Source: a virus (lineage: Duplodnaviria > Caudoviricetes). Taken from it: a DNA stretch of 29,546 nt. A model generated the notes under the pieces. The model did no database searches, had not been told where the DNA came from, and saw only the letters and a list, made by a program, of their open reading frames with translations. The stretch covers positions 1 through 29,546 of IMG/VR virus record IMGVR_UViG_3300031861_000010; one strand, given 5' to 3'. Made by a program: the position numbers and the translations under genes. Positions 1 through 8,344 of the stretch are shown here, one piece after another (the first letter of the stretch is position 1; every line of letters starts with the position of its first letter).

Positions 1-1
1 T

Positions 2-55
2 TACATCTACATCGCCTTCGCAGAACACCCTTTCAAATACTCAACCGCCAAATAA
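2..55 (+). CDS. C-terminal end of a tail fibre-like protein (partial, runs off the left edge)
   Basis: Frame 2 reads YIYIAFAEHPFKYSTAK-stop, a Y-x-A-F-A-E-x-P-F-K type C-terminus common in marine phage tail fibre proteins; tail-module context. Confidence 0.6.
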   Translation, partial: YIYIAFAEHPFKYSTAK

Positions 56-67
56 CAGGAAACCATT

Positions 68-691
68 ATGTGGATATATAACGAAATGACAATCAAGACT
101 CCAAGGTCAATGACTATTGGAGACATTCAATACCCAAGTAGCATTTTTAGTCGATGGTCTAAGGCTGAGTTAGCTGAGTTAGGAATTAAACCTTACTCCG
201 TTACAAGAGTCAACGAGAGGTACTACTGGACAGGTAATGTCACCAACGTAGAGACTGACGGCTCAGTAGTTGGAACACCAGAGTCTATAGCTAGAGATGT
301 AGACACACTCAAAGAAGGAATGCTAGGACAGATTAACTCTCAAGTAACTTCCAAGCAAGGTGAAGTAGATTGGTACTGGTCAAGAGCATCTAAAGGTGGT
401 AAGGCTGTACCAACAGAGATTGAGACATACGCCAGTGCTATCTATGCTGACCAAGCAACTAAGGAAGCAGAGGTAAATGCTTTGACTACCCTTGAAGATA
501 TTATGGCTTATGAGGCTACTCCGTACACACTGGTAACTAAAGTAAAGCACACGTCTGAAGAAGGTGTTGAGACATACGGACCTGAGTTAAACGACCCAGT
601 AACACAAGAGATTAATATGGTAACAGGTGGCTGGACAGCTAATCCTACAGATGAAGTTGACCCAAGTTTTGTTTCACTGACCAAGGTGTAA
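68..691 (+). CDS. Tail fibre-associated/assembly-like protein (207 aa)
   Basis: RBS AGGA upstream; QYPxxIFxxWSxAELxxLGI motif typical of proteins following phage tail fibres. Confidence 0.5.
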   Translation: MWIYNEMTIKTPRSMTIGDIQYPSSIFSRWSKAELAELGIKPYSVTRVNERYYWTGNVTNVETDGSVVGTPESIARDVDTLKEGMLGQINSQVTSKQGEVDWYWSRASKGGKAVPTEIETYASAIYADQATKEAEVNALTTLEDIMAYEATPYTLVTKVKHTSEEGVETYGPELNDPVTQEINMVTGGWTANPTDEVDPSFVSLTKV

Positions 692-694
692 CGG

Positions 695-946
695 ATGAGT
701 CAAGATAAGTGGCATTTAAGCAGGTCAGTAAGTGTCAGTCACCTAGTGACAACAGCAGCCCTAATCTTTGGAGCATTGATTTATATAACAGACATCGGTA
801 AAGACATTGCTGTTCTACAAGCTAACCAGAACAATATGCAACTGCAGATTATTGATATGCAGACAGACAACAAAGAGATGTTTGCTAGGATTGATAACAA
901 GCTGGATAGGATGATTGAGATTATCCACAGCACCCCAATACGATGA
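695..946 (+). CDS. Small membrane protein, 1 TM plus coiled coil (holin/antiholin-like candidate)
   Basis: Hydrophobic LVTTAALIFGALIYI followed by heptad-like segment ending RIDNKLDRMIE. Confidence 0.5.
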   Translation: MSQDKWHLSRSVSVSHLVTTAALIFGALIYITDIGKDIAVLQANQNNMQLQIIDMQTDNKEMFARIDNKLDRMIEIIHSTPIR

Positions 947-1146
947 TGAAGAAGATTAAACGATACCTACTACTATTAGCCATTGGCTCAACTGGCTTAT
1001 TCGCTGGCTATAGCTGGTTAGAAGGTGTTGTTACAGATGCTTTCATCACAGTGGGTACAGACCAAGTAGAAGAAGTAGTTAAACAGAAAGCAGAGGACAG
1101 ACTAAAGGAGAAACTAAGTGGCTTGCTCGAGGACGCATTTAAGTGA
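943..1146 (+). CDS. Small signal-anchor membrane protein (67 aa)
   Basis: Basic N-terminus KKIKR then hydrophobic stretch; ATGA overlap with the upstream gene. Confidence 0.55.
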   Translation: MMKKIKRYLLLLAIGSTGLFAGYSWLEGVVTDAFITVGTDQVEEVVKQKAEDRLKEKLSGLLEDAFK

Positions 1147-1346
1147 AGATAGACACACCTACACTATTAACCTTACTTGGCATTATTGGGGGAATTGTGT
1201 TCACTTACGGACAATTAACCAACAAGGTCAACAGCCTAGAGTACCTGAAAGAACTATCAGACCAGAATATGAACAGAGTAATTGTACTGGAAACGAAGAT
1301 TGAGACAGCACAACAGGCTTATGAACTATACACAGGGAGTCAATAA
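1143..1346 (+). CDS. Small membrane protein, 1 TM plus coiled coil (67 aa)
   Basis: GTGA overlap; LLTLLGIIGGIVFTY hydrophobic segment; RVIVLETKIE coiled-coil-like tail. Confidence 0.55.
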   Translation: MKIDTPTLLTLLGIIGGIVFTYGQLTNKVNSLEYLKELSDQNMNRVIVLETKIETAQQAYELYTGSQ

Positions 1347-1777
1347 TGATAACCATACTAACTAACGCAGCACCAATACTACTGGGGTTCTTTGCCAAAC
1401 TCTTAGCTATACGCAGTCAGGCTGCAACAGACGGTCAGAAGCTAATGCTTGAGTCGTTTGCTGCTAAGAACAAGTCTATTAACAAAGCAAGAGACGCTGC
1501 TGACAAAGAGTCACCAATGGCTGCTTGGAACAGAAGGTTCATCATCTTTGCTATTCTAGGTTTAATAATATTCACGCAAGTAGCACCAGTATTATTCAAC
1601 GTAGAAACTGTAATACCTACAGTAAGAGAAGGCTTTAGCCTACTGGGTTTTACTATTACACCAGACCAGATTGAGTACGTAACAGTACGAGGTTTGATTA
1701 AATTTAACGAAGTATTTGCTTGGGCAACTATGATTGTAGAGTTCTACTTCGGCGCACAACTAGCTAAGGGCAAATAA
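1346..1777 (+). CDS. Probable holin (3-TM type)
   Basis: Three hydrophobic segments; W-x-R-R before TM2; C-terminal IVEFYFGAQ plus basic tail; TAATG coupling. Confidence 0.55.
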   Translation: MITILTNAAPILLGFFAKLLAIRSQAATDGQKLMLESFAAKNKSINKARDAADKESPMAAWNRRFIIFAILGLIIFTQVAPVLFNVETVIPTVREGFSLLGFTITPDQIEYVTVRGLIKFNEVFAWATMIVEFYFGAQLAKGK

Positions 1778-1796
1778 CAAACAAAAGGAAACTAAT

Positions 1797-2159
1797 ATGG
1801 CAACAGAAGATTTAACAGGTACTAAGTACCTAAACAACCTAAACTCTAGCAACCCCGCGAGTTCGGACGCAAAGTCATTTGGTGACGAACACCTTAGAGG
1901 TATTAAGAATACTCTTAAGCTGTCTTTCCCGGGCATCACTGGTGCTGTTACAGCCACACATGAGCAGCTTAACCACACTGTTGGTGTTACAAGTGCTATA
2001 CAAACACAACTAGGTGCGTTGACAACATCAGTAGGTACTAAGCAAGCAACCCTTGTAAACATTACTGATACGACAACAGCCAATGGTTTTGGTACACGTA
2101 CAATCAGTACCTCTTCCCCTAGTGCTGGTTCTAATGGTGACGTACATTATCAGGTATAG
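1797..2159 (+). CDS. Short tail fibre/adaptor protein (120 aa)
   Basis: N-terminal NP..SD....GDEHLRGIKNTLKLSFP virion-attachment-type motif; C-terminal SPSAGSNGDVHYQ motif; RBS AAGGA. Confidence 0.6.
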   Translation: MATEDLTGTKYLNNLNSSNPASSDAKSFGDEHLRGIKNTLKLSFPGITGAVTATHEQLNHTVGVTSAIQTQLGALTTSVGTKQATLVNITDTTTANGFGTRTISTSSPSAGSNGDVHYQV

Positions 2160-2162
2160 TAA

Positions 2163-3029
2163 ATGACTATTAAGGTAAAAGACGCAGGTACATTCAAGGA
2201 GGCTGAAGAGGTTCACATCAAAGATGGTGGAACTTGGAAGCGTACTAAGAAAGTACACGTAAAGGATGGAGGTGTTTGGAAAGAAGCACATCGTAGTGTG
2301 TGGTCTTATACTGTGTCCTCTAATACTAATAAGCTAGACTTAGACGAACTAGCAGGTATTGACAAGTTCTATGATGTAATAATAACTATTAACTCTGGGG
2401 TGTATGTATATTCAGATGACCCTACAGTCCCTGCTCTTAAGACAGGCACAGGCTATGGTGGAAACCTGACCATTATAAACAACGGCTACATATATGGTGG
2501 TGGTGGAGCAGGTGGAGCAGGTGGTGCTGGAAATGGCTCTGGCTCTGGTACAGTGAACAATGGTGGTGCTGGTGGTACAGGTGGTTCTGCTCTTAGTTTA
2601 GAAACAAACATAACACTTACTAACAATGGCTCAATCCTTGGTGGAGGAGGTGGTGGTGCAGGTGGTGGTTCAGCCTTCCACGAACACTCTGTCGGAAATG
2701 AGGATATAACAGGCGGCTCTGGTGGTGGCGGTGGTGCTTCATATGGAGCTGCTGGTGCGGCAGGTGTTGCGGTAAGTGATAACAACACCAACGGTAACAT
2801 TGGCCAAGCAGGTGGGTTTAACACTTACGGTACTGGTGGTGCTGCGAAAGCTAACATTCACGGTCACGCGACTGGTGGTGCTGGCGGAAATGGTGGTGCA
2901 CAGGGTCAGGCTGGCTCTAACGGAAGCTCTGGGAGTGGTGGTGGAACAAGTGGTGATAAAGAAGGCTCAGGAGGTACAGGCGGTGCTGCTGGAACAGCTA
3001 TTGTAACTAACGGATATACATATGCCTAG
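2163..3029 (+). CDS. Glycine-rich receptor-binding adhesin (T-even gp38-like polyglycine region)
   Basis: ITINSGVYV, IINNGYIYGGGGAGG and LTNNGSILGGGGGGAGG plus many GGxGG motifs; three N-terminal (V/I)KDxGx(W/F)K repeats. Confidence 0.65.
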   Translation: MTIKVKDAGTFKEAEEVHIKDGGTWKRTKKVHVKDGGVWKEAHRSVWSYTVSSNTNKLDLDELAGIDKFYDVIITINSGVYVYSDDPTVPALKTGTGYGGNLTIINNGYIYGGGGAGGAGGAGNGSGSGTVNNGGAGGTGGSALSLETNITLTNNGSILGGGGGGAGGGSAFHEHSVGNEDITGGSGGGGGASYGAAGAAGVAVSDNNTNGNIGQAGGFNTYGTGGAAKANIHGHATGGAGGNGGAQGQAGSNGSSGSGGGTSGDKEGSGGTGGAAGTAIVTNGYTYA

Positions 3030-4572
3030 TCAAATAACTAAACTGAACCTGAACGGTATTAACACAGACATAAGTGTCTATGAGCTACCAGAGACAACAT
3101 GGACTAACGGCAATAATATTGTATTTGATAACGACCTTACAAAGAAAGCAACAGGAACTGCTGATGTCTTTGGCAGCACCTCCATAGCACCTTATTGGTT
3201 GTTACCTTTTCAGTCTGCAAGCCTATGGTTATATGCAGGTGCAGCGGCTATATATAAACTCAGTGGTTCTACACACACAGCTATAACAAGAGCAAGCGGT
3301 GGTTACACGGCTACACAAGGTGACTGGAACGGTGGTGTCTTAGGTGGTGTTGCTGTGTTGAATAACGGAACAGACGCTCCACAACAGTTTGGCTCTGCTG
3401 CTGCTGCGTGTACTGACTTAAGTAACTGGACAGCCGACTCAAGAGCAAAAGTCATTAGACCTTTCAAAGAGTTTCTGGTAGCTTTGAATGTTACTGAGAA
3501 TTTTGGTACAGCTTCGGTAGCAGAGTACCCTTACAGAGTTATGTGGTCTAATCCTGCTGACGCTGGAAGTGTTCCTACTTCTTGGGACTACAGTGACGCA
3601 ACAAAAGACACTGGTTACGTTGACCTGTCAGAAACTGACGGTGTTATTATTGATTGCCTTCCTTTAAAGGATTACAATTTCATTTATAAAGAAGACAGTG
3701 TGTATAATATGTCCCACGTAGGTGGTGCTTTTATATTCAGTTTCTCTCAGGTGTTCTCAGAATCAGGTATTCTCTCTAGGGACTGCGTACAGTCTTTTGA
3801 TGACAAACATTTTGTTGTTGGAGTAAATGATATTTACATACACAACGGACAAACTAAACAATCAGTTGCTGACAGAGTTATTAAAGATGAAATATTCAGT
3901 GCTATAAACAGCACACATTATAAGAATACTTTTGTCACTGCTAACCACAAAGACAGTGAAATGTGGGTTTGTATTCCTTCTCAAGCAAGCTCAGGAGAAT
4001 GTGACTTGGCTTATGTTTGGAACTACTCTACTAATATGTGGTCTAAGAGAGACCTACCTAGTGCTTCTTTCATAGCACCGGGTATTGTAAATGACTCTAG
4101 TTCATACACACAAGACTGGGACTCTGATACTAATAGCTGGGACTCTGACGACACAGACTGGAACTTTACAGGATTCAATCCTACACAAACAGCACTTCTT
4201 ATTGCTTCAACAAACAGTAAATTAAGAAAGGTTGACACGTTCCAAAACTCAGGCTCTGATTATTTATCTTGGGTAGAGAAGACTGGCATGTCTCTAGGTA
4301 CTACCTTGAATAAAAGCATACAAAAGATTGTGCCTCATATAGAAGGCAACGGTTCTGTTGATTTCTATGTAGGAACAGAGAGTGTGCCTAACGCAGGTGT
4401 ATCTTGGAAAGGTCCTTACAGTATTACCCCGGGCACTCACTCTGATATACCGGTAAGAGCTAATGGTAAGTACGTCAGTGTTAAATTACAATCACAAGAC
4501 TCTAACCACTGGAGTTTAACTAACCTAGAGCTTCATTGGAAGCCTTCAGGTAACAGAGGCACTGGTGTATGA
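3022..4572 (+). CDS. Tail tubular/stabilisation protein (P22 gp10 / T7 gp12-like)
   Basis: 516 aa, beta-rich; RVMWSNPAD, FIYKEDSVY, EMWVCIP and AYVWNYSTNMWSKRDL motifs; lies before the ejection genes. Confidence 0.65.
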   Translation: MPSQITKLNLNGINTDISVYELPETTWTNGNNIVFDNDLTKKATGTADVFGSTSIAPYWLLPFQSASLWLYAGAAAIYKLSGSTHTAITRASGGYTATQGDWNGGVLGGVAVLNNGTDAPQQFGSAAAACTDLSNWTADSRAKVIRPFKEFLVALNVTENFGTASVAEYPYRVMWSNPADAGSVPTSWDYSDATKDTGYVDLSETDGVIIDCLPLKDYNFIYKEDSVYNMSHVGGAFIFSFSQVFSESGILSRDCVQSFDDKHFVVGVNDIYIHNGQTKQSVADRVIKDEIFSAINSTHYKNTFVTANHKDSEMWVCIPSQASSGECDLAYVWNYSTNMWSKRDLPSASFIAPGIVNDSSSYTQDWDSDTNSWDSDDTDWNFTGFNPTQTALLIASTNSKLRKVDTFQNSGSDYLSWVEKTGMSLGTTLNKSIQKIVPHIEGNGSVDFYVGTESVPNAGVSWKGPYSITPGTHSDIPVRANGKYVSVKLQSQDSNHWSLTNLELHWKPSGNRGTGV

Positions 4573-4838
4573 GTATACGCTATACAAAAAACCCTGTTCC
4601 TGATGACATAAAAGACATACCTGCTTATTTACAAAGAGAGCTTGAGAGAATATCCTTTGTTATTGGTAATATTGCTGACGGGCATATGGAAGTTTCACAC
4701 GTAGCTCCTGTAAGACCACGTGACGGTGACATAAGGTACGCAGATGGTACTGACTGGAATCCGGGACACGGCAAAGCTTTGTATTATTATGACGGTGTTG
4801 ACGGACACTGGCACAAGATTCAGTTTACACACGCATGA
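4569..4838 (+). CDS. Small virion-associated hypothetical protein (89 aa)
   Basis: ATGA coupling on both sides; APxRPRDGDIRYADGTDWNPG motif. Confidence 0.6.
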   Translation: MSIRYTKNPVPDDIKDIPAYLQRELERISFVIGNIADGHMEVSHVAPVRPRDGDIRYADGTDWNPGHGKALYYYDGVDGHWHKIQFTHA

Positions 4839-5242
4839 TAGAAGGTGTCCTGTCAAAGGACGTTGATGTCTGGTGGCCTTACGTTGAAGAATACTTGATT
4901 TCAGCGTTGAACTACGGACTAGGCGAGTACACTATAGAGGACATAAAGAAGTCCTGTATAATGAAGGATATGCAGCTCTGGGTAAACTTAAGTAACAAGG
5001 TAGAGGGTGCTTTCGTTACTAAAATAAATACATACCCTCAAAAGAATATACTTGTTGTTTTGTTACTAGGTGGTAATAACTTCAGCGACTGGAAAGACGA
5101 GGCAGATACATTGTTATCTGCATTTGGAAAAGAAAACAACTGTGAGTACGTGCAGTTAGCTGGTAGAAAAGGCTGGAGTAAGGTACTACAGAACTTGAAC
5201 TATAAAGAAACAATTAAATTCTATACTAAGGAGCTAAGCTAA
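4835..5242 (+). CDS. GNAT-fold-like virion assembly protein (T7 gp13-like position)
   Basis: 135 aa; MQLW and AFGKENNCEYVQLAGRKGWSKVL pattern; sits between the tail tube and ejection genes. Confidence 0.5.
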   Translation: MIEGVLSKDVDVWWPYVEEYLISALNYGLGEYTIEDIKKSCIMKDMQLWVNLSNKVEGAFVTKINTYPQKNILVVLLLGGNNFSDWKDEADTLLSAFGKENNCEYVQLAGRKGWSKVLQNLNYKETIKFYTKELS

Positions 5243-6072
5243 TGTCATTCGGTGACTCTATAACTACTACAAACTCAGAGCCGTGGGAGGCTTCTCAACC
5301 CTACATTAAGCAGGGCTTTGGTGAGGCTGCCAACTTATATAACAACTTCACGCCTCAGTTCTACCAAGGACAGACGCAGGCAGGCTTTAGTCCTGACCAG
5401 CTAACTGCGCAACAAGGCACTAGGAACTTCGCGGTTGAAGGTGCTCCTAATGTAATGAACCCTGCCTTGGGTGCATTCCAATATGGTACTTCAGACCAAG
5501 TACTGGATGTGGCTAATAACCCATACGTGACTGGCATGGCACAGGCAGCAGCAGACAGGGCATACTCAGGTTTAACACCTCAGCTTGCCGGTATCCGCAG
5601 TGGTGCTGTACAGTCTGGTGGTTATGGTGGTAGCAGACAAGGCATCGCAGAAGGAGTAGCAATGGCTGGTGCAGCAGACGCGGCTACACAAGCAGCAGCA
5701 GGTATTTATGGTAATGCTTATAGCCAAGGCCTTGGACACCAACTAGGCACGCTTGGACAGGCAGGTAGTCTTATGAATACAGGCTTCCGTCCATACCAGC
5801 AACTACAAGCCAGCGGTGCACAGCAACAAGCAAGAGAGCAGGCGCTTATTGGTGATGCACAAGCACAACACCAGTTTGAACAGAACTTACCTTACAACCA
5901 GCTACAACAGTTCCAAGCAGGAATAACCGGCCTCAGTCCTTTGATTGGTAATGCTGGTATTACAACTACTACACAACCCGGTCCTAACCTTATGCAAGGC
6001 ATTGGTTCTGCTGCACAAATATACAGCAACCTAGGTGCTCCGGGCTGGGACAGTATATGGGGAGGTGAGTAA
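5242..6072 (+). CDS. DNA ejection/pilot protein (P22 gp7-like)
   Basis: G/A/Q-rich; PWEASQPYI, NPYV, GGYGGSRQGIAEG and QNLPYNQLQQF motifs. Confidence 0.6.
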   Translation: MSFGDSITTTNSEPWEASQPYIKQGFGEAANLYNNFTPQFYQGQTQAGFSPDQLTAQQGTRNFAVEGAPNVMNPALGAFQYGTSDQVLDVANNPYVTGMAQAAADRAYSGLTPQLAGIRSGAVQSGGYGGSRQGIAEGVAMAGAADAATQAAAGIYGNAYSQGLGHQLGTLGQAGSLMNTGFRPYQQLQASGAQQQAREQALIGDAQAQHQFEQNLPYNQLQQFQAGITGLSPLIGNAGITTTTQPGPNLMQGIGSAAQIYSNLGAPGWDSIWGGE

Positions 6073-6830
6073 TGGCTTACACATACGGACAAGGTTTAAG
6101 CAACACAGGAGCTGCATATAACTTATGGGGTACTCCAGCCTCAGCACCTAATCCATATTACACGCAAGGTCCTACATATACTAAGGGCTTGTATGACTAC
6201 AGCCCACAGCAAGCAGAAGCACAGCAACAAGGTCCTTCTTCTCCCAGTATAGACAGGACAGGCATGGAAGACATGACAGCTAAGCAAGCTGCTTGGTGGG
6301 CTGAGCGTATGGGGTTAGGTGGTCTACTTAGGTATGGTTCTACTGATGGTTCTGGAGTACCTATTGAGGACATCGCTGTTGGTTCACCTTCATATCCTAA
6401 CACAGCTCCTCCTTCTATAATGAACCCATACCCATTCCAAGAGTATACAGTTCCTTATGGTTCTTCAGAGGACTCTTTGTTAGGTAATAACCCTGATGTT
6501 AGGAGTGAGACAATCAATGAGGATGGTACAGTTACTTATCAAGTAGAAAGTTCTCCTGTTGACCCAAGAGCGGCTGCTTTTGTAAACAGTCCAGACTTTG
6601 ACTCTAACTATACTAACGGCACTATAGGTTCTGTACCCGGCTCTAACCCATATACTAATAATATATTCCAGTTTGAGCAACTAAACAGTCAGTTCCCAGA
6701 GGCCAATAGAGATTATTACATTAACGAAATAGACTTCTCTAGTCCAGAAATAAGAGGTGCTTATGCTGAAGACCATTATAGTAATGTGTTTGAGCAGCCT
6801 ACTGTTTATGACCCATTCGATTGGTTCTAG
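6072..6830 (+). CDS. Acidic, P/S/Y/N-rich, probably disordered internal virion protein (252 aa)
   Basis: Strong RBS GGAGGTG; TAATG coupling; low-complexity composition; ejection-module context. Confidence 0.5.
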   Translation: MAYTYGQGLSNTGAAYNLWGTPASAPNPYYTQGPTYTKGLYDYSPQQAEAQQQGPSSPSIDRTGMEDMTAKQAAWWAERMGLGGLLRYGSTDGSGVPIEDIAVGSPSYPNTAPPSIMNPYPFQEYTVPYGSSEDSLLGNNPDVRSETINEDGTVTYQVESSPVDPRAAAFVNSPDFDSNYTNGTIGSVPGSNPYTNNIFQFEQLNSQFPEANRDYYINEIDFSSPEIRGAYAEDHYSNVFEQPTVYDPFDWF

Positions 6831-6837
6831 TACTGAT

Positions 6838-7341
6838 ATGGCAAGCCTGTTTGATGATTATAACGAAGATGATATATACAACGCGTTTAAATTTGCTGAG
6901 ACTGGTTCATTTAACAACCCTTGGATACGTACAGTAGCACGTAAGACACCGGGAGGCAGTACTGCTTTTGGTCCTGTTCAGATTACCGGTGGTTTGTTGG
7001 ATGACTTCTATAAGAATGAACGAGGTGTCTGGGATAATAACCAAGACATCGCTTCTAAGTTAAAAGGACAAGCCACATTGTTTAACCATTTTGGTAATGA
7101 ACCTGACAGAGCTGGGTTCGGTGAAGGCTTGTTTGACTACGGTGGTACTGGGTTTGGGTTTAATGATGAAGAGAAAGGCCAATACAAAGTATTAGCCCAA
7201 GACATGATGCGTGATATGTGGAAGAAGAATAAGAACAAAAAGAATGCAGTAGATGAATTCATTAATGCTTGGAGAGGTAAGACCAAGGATGAGGATTCAG
7301 ATTACTATAAGAGATTTAATAAATATTTAAGGAGTTTATAA
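6838..7341 (+). CDS. Lysozyme-fold/lytic transglycosylase-like protein (167 aa; start revised from 6757)
   Basis: AETG (catalytic Glu-like) followed by STAFGPVQIT (GxxQ motif); ATG at 6838 follows the upstream stop at 6830 and avoids a 74-nt overlap. Confidence 0.55.
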   Translation: MASLFDDYNEDDIYNAFKFAETGSFNNPWIRTVARKTPGGSTAFGPVQITGGLLDDFYKNERGVWDNNQDIASKLKGQATLFNHFGNEPDRAGFGEGLFDYGGTGFGFNDEEKGQYKVLAQDMMRDMWKKNKNKKNAVDEFINAWRGKTKDEDSDYYKRFNKYLRSL

Positions 7342-8342
7342 TGAGTTACTGTAGCATTAATGGTACACCAAGTGCAATAGGAAGAGGTGCTTGTGAGGCG
7401 GGTGGTGGTACTTGGGTTGAGTCTGGTAAAGAAGGTGCTAGTAACTTTGACACAGTGAGTGGTTATGTATCAGACTATTGGGAGAACACACCTGCTTGGG
7501 AAAAGGCCCTAGATGCTTCTATGGTTATTCCCGGTTTAGGTTTGATTGGTCTTGGTGGAAGGGCTGCACTTGCTGGTGGCAGAGCTGCACATAAACTATA
7601 CAAAGGTGTTGACCTAGGTAAGAAAGCTAAGAAAGTCAAGTCACTTACTGACCCTTTGTATAGAAGCCAAAAACTTAGTAAATCAGGTAAGCCTGTATAT
7701 AAAGCAGGTAAGCCTGTATATGGCGGTGTGTCTCCTTTTAAACTAGGTAATATAGCTTCTGTAGGTGCTTATCCTTTCCTCGCCTCTAAGGCGGGTTCAT
7801 CACAGCCTACCGCAGGACCATCCTTCCTGACTCAGGAACAACAACGTGCTCAGACGGTTGACCAAAAAGCACCAGAAAAACCTAAGACAATAGCTGAGCA
7901 GATGAAGACTAAAGACTACTGGATGCAGCCTATGAGTGGTGCTCCGGGTGATACGCGTCTAAGCCGTATTGGCAGGCTTATTGGTGAGATGGGTACTGCT
8001 CCTCACTTACGCAAAGGTAGTGTATCTGATGACTTTGCTAAGAGGGCTAATGAGGCTGATGCTGTAACACAACGCGCTGCTGCCGCACAGTCTGCTGGTT
8101 CTACAGATTTTAAGACTATACCCTACACCAGCTTCCGTAAAGAAATGGGTGGCTACTTCGATGAGAATGACCAAAGTTTCTTAGGTTTCGGTGGTCTTAG
8201 TGGTGAAGAGCAGGATAAGCTTGTTAATGAGATGTACCTATTACACCAACAAAACCCGGATTTGAACATATATGATTTACCTGCTCTCCATTCTCTAATG
8301 AAACAAGCAGAAGAAGAGAAGAGAAAACAACAAGGCTTATAA
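7341..8342 (+). CDS. Internal virion/ejection protein (333 aa)
   Basis: RBS AAGGAG; G/A-rich hydrophobic patch IPGLGLIGLGGRAALAGG; position between ejection genes. Confidence 0.5.
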   Translation: MSYCSINGTPSAIGRGACEAGGGTWVESGKEGASNFDTVSGYVSDYWENTPAWEKALDASMVIPGLGLIGLGGRAALAGGRAAHKLYKGVDLGKKAKKVKSLTDPLYRSQKLSKSGKPVYKAGKPVYGGVSPFKLGNIASVGAYPFLASKAGSSQPTAGPSFLTQEQQRAQTVDQKAPEKPKTIAEQMKTKDYWMQPMSGAPGDTRLSRIGRLIGEMGTAPHLRKGSVSDDFAKRANEADAVTQRAAAAQSAGSTDFKTIPYTSFRKEMGGYFDENDQSFLGFGGLSGEEQDKLVNEMYLLHQQNPDLNIYDLPALHSLMKQAEEEKRKQQGL

Positions 8343-8344
8343 TA

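Noticed and set aside
943-1146. Possible lipoprotein spanin (FAGY resembles a lipobox)
   Set aside because: Tyr stands where the essential Cys would be
6757-6837. Signal-peptide-like N-terminal extension of the lysozyme-like ORF (would suggest a secreted or SAR endolysin)
   Set aside because: Overlaps the upstream gene by 74 nt; ATG 6838 fits the operon packing better. Not fully excluded, since GAGGT lies just upstream of 6757
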